Assembly: GCA_030265395.1 (NCBI GenBank)
Contig: JARFYF010000059.1
Coordinates: 18,327,862 to 18,387,789 of the forward strand
Source of the DNA: Rhina ancylostomus
Taxonomy: Eukaryota
DNA: 59,928 bases
Direction: 5' to 3'
The notes under the pieces are model-generated. The model was not told where the DNA came from. It did not search any database and worked only from the letters and a program-made list of their open reading frames with translations. A program made the translations under genes and the position numbers. Numbering within the stretch: position 1 is the first letter of the stretch; each line of letters opens with the position of its first letter. This document shows positions 52,501 to 59,745 of this stretch, piece by piece.

Positions 52501-53661
52501 ACACCCACTATTTGCTTTATAAGTCTTTTAAAGTCATTAAGTATAAAGGAGAGGTTTTGGGTGGCTGATTTTTTTCTTTTTGAGACATAGTGCAAGGAGA
52601 TCAAGGGATATACAGGTCCCATTTACCGATGAAAAAGATAATCTGCCTAAGCTGTCTTCTGAAGACTGCAAAATGCAGTTAAAACTTGCATGTTAAATCT
52701 TTTACTATCTGCACTTGCAAAGCTTTGATTACTTTGTACTCATTAAGGTAAATGATACTAGTGCAACAGTTTCTCTTAAGTCACCAGGATTAATAAACGA
52801 TGCTTTCAGGGCAGTTTAAAAGTCACTTGCTTAACCTCAAAAGGGCATTTCATACTGAACCAAAAAGGTACTTTCACATTTCTTACACTGGCCATTCAAT
52901 AGCTTCACTGAGATCACCAGCATATTGTCAGTTTTGTGCCCATCAAAAGAGCTGGACAGAACATGAATCCAGGTTCCAGAATTGAAAGGCCAGTGTCTGC
53001 ACCACAGTCTATTTCAGAAGCGATTGCATCTTCAAAATCTAAAATCTGCATTAGTTAAAGAAGTTGATTTACTGAATATTCAGATAAACGGTCTATTGTA
53101 GGTGGGCCTTCAAAAAAGGGATGTTGTCTCCTGGTTCATGCCAATCCTCGCCATTGTTCTTGGTTTTACCAATACTTAATGTGGCAGTACCTGTCAGCTT
53201 TATTCAATAATGTACATGCCTTCTCCATGTTTCCTTTGCCTGATGCAGGAAAGTCAGATAAATTGGCTCATTCTTTCTTTTAATTTTTCCCCATTTTTTT
53301 CCCCACACGTTTAGCCAAGGGAATCACTTTCATCACACAAGCCTCTTCCTCATTTACTTTATTAATCCAGCAATACAAAGGAATTCTGAGGGAAAGTAAA
53401 AGGTCAAAATGCCTCACGATTCCACTGTTGCAGGACAGATGTACACTGCTTGCAAGATGTCTTGCGGCAAAATCCCTGTTGTGAAACCAGTAGCAATACA
53501 CATCCATTGTATGGCACAGCCATTGTTATGCCACTTTATAAAAAAATAAATAAATTGTGTTTTCTCTTTTGACAGAAACGGTGAGAGCAATGACACATGT
53601 GATTAACCAAGGAATGGCCATGTACTGGGGCACCTCACGATGGAGTGCAATGGAAATCATG
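13554..53661 (+). CDS. KCNAB2: Voltage-gated potassium channel subunit beta-2 (Kv-beta2, AKR6 family), partial multi-exon gene (9 internal coding exons)
   Basis: All exons are flanked by AG/GT with compatible phases and join to a continuous Kv-beta core. [33 protein letters not shown] and LKASLERLQ match KCNAB2 rather than KCNAB1 (ISDEVAERLMTIAY, TTKLYWGGK) as recalled. Residues equivalent to the Kv-beta2 active site D85, Y90, K118, N158 and NADPH-contacting S188/R189 are intact. Confidence 0.95.
13965..14235 (-). mobile_element. V-SINE copy
   Basis: taggggcaatttacagtaacc is the reverse complement of the V-domain at 1805-1835; tRNA-like head remnant at 14175-14225. Confidence 0.65.
14787..14966. 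repeat. Imperfect ~180-nt inverted repeat made of two opposed Penelope-type termini
   Basis: Reverse complement of left arm (…ctccagagctgct…gctgaatatttccaatactttgtttt) aligns with right arm (…ctccatagatgttg…actgattaattccagcaatttttgtttc). Confidence 0.55.
15181..15218 (+). CDS. KCNAB2: KCNAB2 exon, 38 nt: (G)[12 protein letters not shown]
   Basis: attccaacag|GA ACA TGG GTT ACC TTT GGA GGG CAG ATC ACT GAT GAG|gtatgt. Confidence 0.96.
16076..16155 (+). CDS. KCNAB2: KCNAB2 exon, 80 nt: [26 protein letters not shown](K)
   Basis: catttcag|ATG GCC GAA ... GCT GGC AA|gtaggt; contains the AKR DTAxxY motif (catalytic Asp/Tyr). Confidence 0.97.
16790..18990 (-). mobile_element. Cluster of decayed CR1 3' fragments (at least two or three copies)
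   Basis: Minus-strand remnants such as [19 protein letters not shown] (17008..17199) and [14 protein letters not shown]...[15 protein letters not shown] (17578..17829) resemble the CR1 ORF2 C-terminus. Confidence 0.7.
18993..19435 (+). mobile_element. Composite V-SINE (V-domain piece, two tRNA-like heads, V-domain and tail)
   Basis: tggtttcctctgggagctccagcttcctccaca; heads gtggcatgatggcacagcagttag and gcagtggtgtagctcgtagagatgctg; ctcccacatcccaaagacatgctggtaggttaatt. Confidence 0.6.
19830..21720 (+). mobile_element. Decayed CR1 LINE fragments
   Basis: ggtccagatggaatgcat (GPDG.H), aactataggccagtc (NYRPV), atggactttccaaagg (DF.K), gatttgatagaagtgttcaagatcatg (DLIEVFKIM), CR1-type 3' tail near 21660-21715. 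Confidence 0.75.
23200..23455 (-). mobile_element. Deu-domain SINE-like remnant
   Basis: ttgattgagcaaataaatatcg...gttgctcctccttgaaatagtac resembles the reverse-complemented Deu domain as recalled; collinear with 49255-49630 and 52135-52470. Confidence 0.5.
23490..23825 (+). mobile_element. Near full-length V-SINE
   Basis: tRNA-like head (gcagcaggcagtaatgctgcctcacagctcca), V-domain-like gctccagtttcctgccacattccaa...gtaagttaccctctgtaggtgg, tail gactcaatgggccaagtggcctcct. Confidence 0.65.
24890..25200 (-). mobile_element. Family-B LINE 3' fragment
   Basis: gacttacaggggaacttaaagatgttggcattcccatg...tttgtcctaggtggtagatgg is the reverse complement of the region at 28800-28880. Confidence 0.6.
27205..27565 (-). 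mobile_element. CR1 LINE 3' end
   Basis: ggagtaggtcacc...cattcagtatgatcatggctgatct is the reverse complement of the tail at 32345-32412; agagaattccagaggttcagtactcactgacagaagaaattt (FF.Q.V.NLWNSL). Confidence 0.75.
28000..29085 (+). mobile_element. Family-B LINE, RT to 3' end, decayed
   Basis: tttgacataaaggcagcatctga (DIKAA), ttagctgataat (ADD-like), [26 protein letters not shown] in track ORF 28574..29074. Confidence 0.75.
30535..30770 (+). mobile_element. LF-SINE-like remnant
   Basis: ctatccagtg tggatgtcaggtgagggtcag...cttgtgaagctgtc...caaataact, collinear with 44135-44440. Confidence 0.4.
31300..32420 (+). mobile_element. 5'-truncated CR1 LINE, decayed
   Basis: gtagatgtactatacttagatttccaaaagcatttgataaggtgcca ([14 protein letters not shown]), gttgctaaatttgtagaa (VAKF), tail gatcagccatgatcttattgaatggcagagcaggc. 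Confidence 0.88.
32878..32922 (+). CDS. KCNAB2: KCNAB2 exon, 45 nt: (K)[14 protein letters not shown](R)
   Basis: ttcttctttttccacag|G GCA GAA ATT ... GGA TGG AG|gtaatc; follows a 16.7-kb intron. Confidence 0.96.
33250..33478. mobile_element. Putative Tc1/mariner (pogo/Tigger-type) MITE
   Basis: TA|caggtagttccagtataatgca ... tgctttatagcagaactattag|TA; decayed terminal inverted repeats sharing tagttc-nnn-tataa-n-gca, with TA on both sides. Confidence 0.5.
33790..34800 (-). mobile_element. Family-B LINE, RT to 3' end
   Basis: Track ORFs 34256..34771 ([18 protein letters not shown]) and 33875..34153 ([15 protein letters not shown]...[10 protein letters not shown]). Confidence 0.85.
35064..35108 (+). 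CDS. KCNAB2: KCNAB2 exon, 45 nt: (R)[14 protein letters not shown](K)
   Basis: tttctctttacag|A CGT TCC AGC CTT GTC ATC ACA ACC AAA ATT TTC TGG GGT GGA AA|gtatgt; contains the catalytic Lys. Confidence 0.96.
35233..35276 (+). CDS. KCNAB2: KCNAB2 exon, 44 nt: (K)[14 protein letters not shown](G)
   Basis: gttcttttgcag|G GCA GAG ACT ... ATT ATA GAA G|gtagcg; preceded by a 124-nt intron. Confidence 0.96.
35485..36220 (-). mobile_element. Family-B LINE 3' part
   Basis: [22 protein letters not shown] in track ORF 35899..36192; tail ctaattgctcttgaaaaagtgg...cttcttgaactgttgca. Confidence 0.75.
36550..36636 (+). CDS. KCNAB2: KCNAB2 exon, 87 nt: (G)[28 protein letters not shown]
   Basis: cattggcag|GA CTG AAA GCT ... 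CCC ATG GAA G|gtgagt; visible inside track ORF 36501..36686. Confidence 0.97.
38130..38600 (-). mobile_element. Family-B LINE 3' part
   Basis: Track ORF 38248..38562 [26 protein letters not shown]...LLQQHLPN; tail aattgcccttgaaaaggtggtga. Confidence 0.75.
39100..39440 (+). mobile_element. LF-SINE-like remnant
   Basis: gctgatctcagctggg...; atttggttacgatactttacatagttgaatagcc (39283-39316) resembles actcggttgtgatgctttccacagttgaataacc (44351-44384); purine-rich 3' end gagaaggaaaataaaagaaaattgggg. Confidence 0.5.
42286..42330 (+). CDS. KCNAB2: KCNAB2 symmetric (phase 1-1) cassette exon, 45 nt: (G)[14 protein letters not shown]
   Basis: Long polypyrimidine tract ...tttttttttttaccag|GG GAT CCA TTT AGT TCT TCA AAG TCA AGA ACA TTC ATC ATT GAA G|gtacac; frame-preserving; peptide matches the 15-aa insert I recall from a long mammalian KCNAB2 isoform. 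Confidence 0.88.
44135..44440 (+). mobile_element. LF-SINE-like element (best-preserved copy)
   Basis: ctgagccattcagaccaggga head; ctgggagggggagttctgccagggtactgccctgcatactgtccagtaacccct...aggacag...ctcggttgtgatgctttccacagttgaataacc follows the LF-SINE consensus as recalled. Confidence 0.55.
49255..49630 (-). mobile_element. Deu-domain SINE-like remnant
   Basis: tttgaatttataaagcactttt tail; ctcatctgaatgatgcatccccaatagtgcagca resembles the Deu core; collinear with 52135-52470. Confidence 0.5.
51085..51410 (+). mobile_element. LF-SINE-like remnant
   Basis: ctgattgctgttcattgacccttgg...gtgccagtgaaaccttac...gagtca...gagagaaatgggaagaatattg, collinear with 39100-39440 and 44135-44440. Confidence 0.45.
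52135..52470 (-). mobile_element. Deu-domain SINE-like remnant
   Basis: gtgttggctgagggataaattatgtcctaggcactgggagaa...ttctaaatggtgc matches the recalled Deu-domain reverse complement. Confidence 0.55.
53576..53661 (+). CDS. KCNAB2: KCNAB2 exon, 86 nt: (E)[28 protein letters not shown]
   Basis: ttttctcttttgacag|AA ACG GTG AGA GCA ATG ... GAA ATC ATG|gtaaga. Confidence 0.97.
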
Positions 53662-53984
53662 GTAAGATGAGCATGACGTTTGAATGTTAGGACAGTTCAT
53701 TATTTTTTAGAAACATTAAGCCACCTCTTGATTGCAACCTCCTATCCTCAGGTTTAATGGTTTCCTATATTATAGGTTTCAGCCCTTCACCTGAAATTCA
53801 ATGTTGAAATTCTCCCAACAGGATATTTCCTTATCACTGAAATCCCTATAATAAGTGTGTATATAATTTTATAGCCAGAAAAAGATGTTTCTACATGTTG
53901 ATAAGATGTTTGCAGAAATGAAACAAAATTTTCTTTTAAATCTGTAATCTAACACATACCTTTAAGTTAAAACCAAATTAATTA

Positions 53985-54066
53985 TATGGGTGTAATTGGG
54001 CGGCGCAGGCTCATTGAGCCGGAAGGGCCTGTTACCGTGCTGCATAAATAAAGTTTTAAAGTTTAA
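53985..54066 (+). mobile_element. Very short CR1-type 3' tail insertion
   Basis: ggcggcgcaggctcattgagccggaagggcctgttaccgtgctg retains CpGs; homologous to tails at 8085-8125 and 37275-37310. Confidence 0.6.
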
Positions 54067-56187
54067 CTGATTAAGAAAGTGATTATGTTCAAGGATATAG
54101 GGATTAATGGCAGGAACACCATGCACAGTTTGTGATCACTGAAACTTTGCTCTCTCCAACCAGAACTTTATGTACTTGATTAAATACAATGGCCTACAAA
54201 TTGCTCCCTTCCTTTTTGTTGTAACAGTAAAATAGCTTTGTCAGTCAATCAACATTGAGTTTTCCTGTGCAGTGTAACACTAAAATAGTTTCAGCACAGA
54301 GTTTTATACTGATAAGTCACAAGTTCTCACAGTTGTACAATGTAACACAGCACGTGCAATCTTTGCAGGTAGCTGTTAAAAGGACATGTCACCAGACAAG
54401 CAACACTCTTCATCCTACCATAAATGAATGAATATTACAATGGGGTGATCCCAGAGTCATTAAAAACATGGTTAAGCTGGTGATAGTACCCTCAGAAGGC
54501 ATACTCCTTGTGCATGGGAACCATGGAGGCCTTCCAGGACCACAGCCAGAAAGATGTCAGGATGGTCCTTGTAAGGACACAAGTACATCCTATTGAAAGT
54601 CTGCATTTTGGGGAAGCCTGTAATACAGGCAAATATTCATGTCCACCCTACGTGCTTCTGTGGCCTGAAGGAACAGTAGTTGAAGTCTCCTCTGCTTGAA
54701 TATGATGTTTGCGTGACCGCATCAATGCAGCTATGAGGAGTGAGCTTGAGATGTGGCAGTTCAGCAGCAGTTGCCTGGAATGATCCTGACATTATGAAGC
54801 TGAGAGTTACATTGACCATGGCCTCCATTGGCAAAGCATTCAAGGTGTACATGAGGTTGTGTTTGAATTCATAGAAGGCCACAGACTGCATTGAAGACAA
54901 AGAATGTGTTTGGAGTGTTGGCCCTATAACTAGCATGGTTTTGGGGGAAACAAGTTTAGAAAAACCTGGTTATTCTGAGAGTGTATAAGAGCTGTAATTT
55001 TTCAGACTATAAAGTCTGACTGCAGATGAATTTTGTGTTGCACTACTGCTAATGTCATGTAGAGGAGTTTTGCATTAAAAACAAGTGCCAGGGAGAAAAA
55101 GTCCCACTGAAAAATGAGGAGGTGAATTACCCATATGTGCAAAATTGCTCTACCTTTGGTTAACCTGATTTTTCAACTGCATAGCACTGCACAGTTATAT
55201 GAATTAATTTTTAGCCCTATGTGTCCCTCACTATCTGAGTAAGCACTCAGAACAGGCATGCGTGGATCAGATCAAACCTCTGCAATCCTGCCATGTCTAT
55301 TTGAATGGTGATGGATAATTGAACTACCATCAGAAGGAGGAAGCTTCAACTACATCCCAATTCTCAGTCAGAGTGGGCCAGTATATGAGTTCTAAATTAA
55401 AGGCAGAAGCATTCACGATTATGTTTAACCAGGTGCACCAAGCAGATATCAGCATTAGCACAAGAAGCCGCTCTCAGCCAATTCAAGTCATTCTTGTGAT
55501 ACCGCAACTGCACCATGTTCAACTCCATACACAGCTCCTTAGCAACTGAAGCTGCATAGCCTACATAATATTCAAGCTTGGGCTAATATATGGTGTTACT
55601 TGCCGCATAGGTGCCAGGTTGTGATATCCAGAGGCATTGCCGTTACAGATTCTCCCCACCATCAACAGCCTGACCAGAAACTCAGCTGGATGAGCCGCAG
55701 AAATAATGTGGCTAGAAGAATAGTTTCAGAGGCTGGGTATCCTGTGACGAGTAAGCCATTCCCCGATACCCCAAAGCTTTTTCACCCTTTACAAGGCAAG
55801 GGCATGATAGAATATGCCTAGACGAATGCAGCTCCAACATCACTCAAAAAGCTTAATGCCATTGAGGACAAAATAATTCCCTTGACTGGCATTCCATCCG
55901 ACACACTAAACATTCATTCCCTTCACGACCATTACATCTTTTCAGTGTGAACCTTTTTAATTAATTCACAAGATGTGAATGTTGCTGACAATGCCAGCAT
56001 TTATTTGTGTCACATATTGGCCAGGCTGTAAAGATGACAGATTTCCTTGCCTAAAGGACATTAGTATTTTTTTTAATGATAATCCAGGAGTTTCGTGGTT
56101 ATTGTTGCTGAGACTAGCTATTTTATAAACTCCAGATTTATTTAATCACGTCTATTTAAATTCCCCAGCTGCCATGGCAGGATTTGA

Positions 56188-56900
56188 GAAATAAAGGACT
56201 GCAGATGCTGGAATCTAGATGAAAAATACTATGATGCAGGAGGAACTCAACAGACCAGGCAGCATCCATGGAGAAAAGCAGGCGATCAATGTTTCAGGTC
56301 AGGACCCTTCTTCAGGACTGAAGATAGGAAANNNNNNNNNNNNNNNNNNNNNNNNNNNNNNNNNNNNNNNNNNNNNNNNNNNNNNNNNNNNNNNNNNNNN
56401 NNNNNNNNNNNNNNNNNNNNNNNNNNNNNNNNNNNNNNNNNNNNNNNNNNNNNNNNNNNNNNNNNNNNNNNNNNNNNNNNNNNNNNNNNNNNNNNNNNNN
56501 NNNNNNNNNNNNNNNNNNNNNNNNNNNAGGTTAGTAAAGGGAAGAAAAGAAGAGTCACAGTTGGGGGTGGTGTGGGGGGGGAGGAATGGTTGAAGGGATT
56601 ACTTAAAGTGGGAGAATTTAATGTTCATGTTATTAGGCTGCAAGGTTCCAAGATGGAAAATGAGGAGCTGTTCCTCCAGTTTGCGATTAGACTTGTCCTG
56701 GCAGTGGAGGAGGCCGAGGACTGACATATCAGTGATAGAGTGGGAAGAGGAGTAGAAGTGACTGACAGCAGGGAGATGCAGATCACAGTTATAACGGAAC
56801 TCAGGTGTTCTGCAAAACAGTCACCTAGTCTGTGTTTGGTCTCGCCAATGTAGAGGATGCTGCCTGGCCTGCTGAGTTCCTCCAGCAGCATAGTGTTTTT
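56188..56900 (-). mobile_element. Penelope-like element 3' fragment (GIY-YIG remnant) with inverted terminal duplication and 15-bp TSD
   Basis: LYIGETKHRLGDCFAEHLSSV in track ORF 56625..57098; 56219-56267 is near-perfectly inverted at 56855-56903; CATGGCAGGATTTGA at 56173-56187 and 56901-56915. Confidence 0.88.
56283..56320 (-). ncRNA. Minimal type I hammerhead-ribozyme-like motif in a Penelope pLTR (probably decayed)
   Basis: Minus strand reads cagtc CTGAAGA a GGGT-cctg-ACCT GAAA c att gatcg, i.e. CUGANGA, stem II, GAAA. Confidence 0.5.
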
Positions 56901-57800
56901 CATGGCAGGATTTGAACTTGTTTCACTGGATTTGTGGTCCAGGATTCTGGCTTCCAGTTCAGTAGCAACCACTGGACTATGGTATTTACATTGGTACTCC
57001 AACAGCACATCCCAAACTTTGAGAAGAGCATGGGGTGCATGTGAGCACACCAGTTGCAGATTCCCTTCATCCAAGTGGCACATCATCCTGACCAGCATTA
57101 ATCACTTCCATCTTGTAGCCGTCATATTTTCAACTCCCCACACAATGTTGTGGGATTATTTCACCAGAAGGACTGCAGCAGTTCAAGAAGGTGGCTCACC
57201 ATCACCTCCTGAAAGACATTAAGTGCTGCCTTGACAGTGCTGTTTACGTTCCCCTAAAAAAAAACAAAAATTCTGCAAACTTGGATTTCTCAGTAGTTTG
57301 AATGTTTCAGTATATTGATAAGGTTTTGTATTACAGTACCTAAATCACACAATGGATTTAGTGTGAATTAAACTCGATCTATACATGCTATAGAGGTTGC
57401 AAATTGTTGTTAATTTGAAGTATTGAATAAATTTCTCAAACTTTTCTGGACATTTTAGACCGCATGAGTCATGTCAAGCATGCCTTCTTATTTAAACCCT
57501 TCTTCCTCACATCAGTTCATCATCAATTTATAAAAATATCCTAAAATCTCATTAGAAATGAGGATCATTCATCATTTAGCAGTGTTATTTTGTTTTTAAA
57601 TAGTGCTATGGTTTCTCAATTTTATTGACTTAAATGATTTTTTTTCCTTATGTGAGGCACATCCTAAAATATGCTTCCTTTGACAAATAATTATTCTCAT
57701 TCTTATATATTTTCACTGTAGCTTTCCATTGCTTTTTGCTTTTATATGTACTTTCCTCTCTGCCATAATTTGAAGTAAATAGTGAAGACCAATATCAGTG

Positions 57801-58658
57801 GAGACACGAGACTGGAATCTGAAGCAAAAAATGAGCTGTTGGGGGAGCACTGTGTCAGGCGACATATCTGGAGCAAAAATGAGCAAAACCCCTTCCTGCT
57901 TTCTGCAGAATCCACTTCCTCCATGACTCCCTAATTCGCTCAGCCCTCCCCCCTCCCTACACCTCCCACGCCTCCATCCAGGGACCTAAACAGCCCTTCC
58001 AGGTGAGGCAGAGATTCACAGTCACCTCCTCCAACTTTATCTATTATATTTGGTTCTCTCGATCTGACCTCCTTGATCACTTTGCCAAGTATCTGCACTC
58101 TGTCTGCCCTGGGCATCTTAAGCATCTGTTCACAACCCATTTTAATTCCCCTTCCCACTCCCACACTGACCTGTCTGTTTGCAGCCTCCCCCACTGCCAG
58201 GATGAGGTCAAGCACAAATGTGAAGAACAGCACCTGGTATTCCGCCTGGGTAGTCTATAACCCAACAGCAGAGACATTTAATTCTCCAGTTTCTAGTAAC
58301 TCGCTGTCCCTCTGTCCATCTCTTGCTCTCTGATCTGCCTAGGTCCTCTCTCACATACCCGTCTTTCCAAGCTACCAGTCCACTCCCCCACATACTCCTC
58401 CCACTGTGTCCCCTCCCCCTACTTCCCTTCTGCCCACTATACCTCCCTTATCTGGTTCTTCTTCACCTTCCTTTCTTATCAGATTTCATAATCTGCAGCC
58501 CTTTGTTGCCTCTATCTATCACCTCCTACCTCTCCTGCTATCTCCACCTTTTCCTTCCCCACCTGACTCTATCTGCAGATCAGCCCCTCCTCTCCCCTCT
58601 ACTCTTCCATTTCCCCAGACAGATGCCTGACCTACTGAGTTCCTCCAGTACTTGTTTT
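57801..58658 (+). mobile_element. Penelope-like element 3' fragment (GIY-YIG C-terminus plus pLTR) with an inverted 5' piece
   Basis: Track ORF 58003..58260 RQRFTVTSSNFIY...HFNSPSHSHTDLSV...EEQHLVFRLGSL; terminus in opposite orientations at 57801-57895 and 58620-58658; flanks agaccaatatcagtg (57786-57800) and aggccaacatcagtg (58659-58673). Confidence 0.85.
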
Positions 58659-59364
58659 AGGCCAACATCAGTGATATAGCAAATGGCCTGAAATAAAAGA
58701 GCCAAGGAGCAGCTGTTAATAAAAATGCAATCAGAAAATATTTTGGTTTAGTCTCATCCATGGCAATTTTGGTTGCATCTAAAACTTTGAGAGAGTGGCT
58801 AATTTATGATTGACCTAAAAGAAATTACCACAAGTTTTTTTAAAGGGATGCTTGTCTTTGATACCATAATCTGTACTGGATTCGTTTTGGTTATGGTGAA
58901 TGAGCCAATTAACCCACAAGTGAGTCCATATTGTTTTAAATACAATATTGATTTTCTTATTGCTTTGTCTCTGGAATTTTTCATTTGTGCTTACATTTTA
59001 TGATGTATTTTGAAATTTGATCATTGTGATAAAGTTAATTCTTTTAATGAACTTTTACACATTGAAACCCACAACCTGTGATCAGATTCCTTCACTGGAT
59101 TCTATTGCAGAAGCTGAACAAAACATTGATTGTGTTGCTGTATTGTTGAGTTAATAATTAAATCTTGTGATGTTAATCACCTCCCTCATGTAGCCAGACA
59201 TGAGTAATCCACCAAACCAGTATGTGCCACAGGCTGTCCTTGTAACTATTCAAAGAGCAGAATTAGATAGAACAGGTTTAGGGAATCCTCAATGTTCCAT
59301 TAGGAATGAAAAATGCAAGTTAGATATTGTGAACAGGAAGGATTCCTGTAAATTTACATAAGAT

Positions 59365-59745
59365 TGGCTTATACATGCAGGATTTTAGAAGAATGAGAGC
59401 GGATCTCACTGAGACATAAGAATGTGAGAGTGATTAATAGGGTAGGTGTTAAGAAGCTATTTCCTGCAGCTGGAAGTCTTAGAGTAGATCTTAGTCTCAG
59501 AATAAACTGCAGGGTAGACCTTAGCCTCAGAATAAGTGCACAGCCAATCGTGAGTGAGATGAAGATAAATTTCTTTGCTCAGAGAGTTGTGAATCTTTGG
59601 AATTCTATTCTCTAGAAGGCTCAGTCATTGAGTGCATTCAAAGCTATGATTGATAAGTTTTGGACACACAGGGAATTACAAAGTAAGGGGATTGAGCAGC
59701 AAAGTGGAGCTTGTCAAGGAACAGGCTTGAGATCCCTAATGATCT
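59365..59745 (+). mobile_element. CR1 LINE 3' end with an internal 30-bp tandem duplication
   Basis: tttagaagaatgagagcggatctcactgagacataag (RRMR.DL.ET), NFFAQRVVNLWNS in track ORF 59424..59615. Confidence 0.8.

Larger units (their letters stand above)
55955..56985 (-). mobile_element. tRNA-head SINE sharing the family-B LINE 3' tail, split by a Penelope-like insertion
   Basis: Begins with the reverse-complemented LINE tail (gatgtgaatgttgctgacaatgccagcatttatt). Rejoined head ccccagctgccatggcaggatttgaacttg contains a B-box-like gttcaaatcc on the minus strand. Confidence 0.6.
55300..57270 (+). mobile_element. Family-B LINE 3' half, interrupted by a SINE and a Penelope-like element
   Basis: attcaagcttgggctaatatatgg (IQAWA..W), gaccagaaactcagctgg (DQKLSW), ctcaaaaagcttaatgccattgaggacaaa; resumes ~56985 and ends ggactgcagcagttcaagaaggtggctcaccatcacc...A-rich tail. 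Confidence 0.75.

Noticed and set aside
56219-56593. 124-aa ORF and similar ORFs at 10172-10461
   Set aside because: Length is an artefact of reading through N gaps
58323-58679. Pro/Leu/Ser-rich ORFs
   Set aside because: Translation of the pyrimidine-rich Penelope 3' region
59095-59160. Acceptor-like ttctattgcag|aagctg as the next KCNAB2 exon
   Set aside because: Does not encode the expected EAYSVARQFN peptide; that exon appears to lie beyond the window
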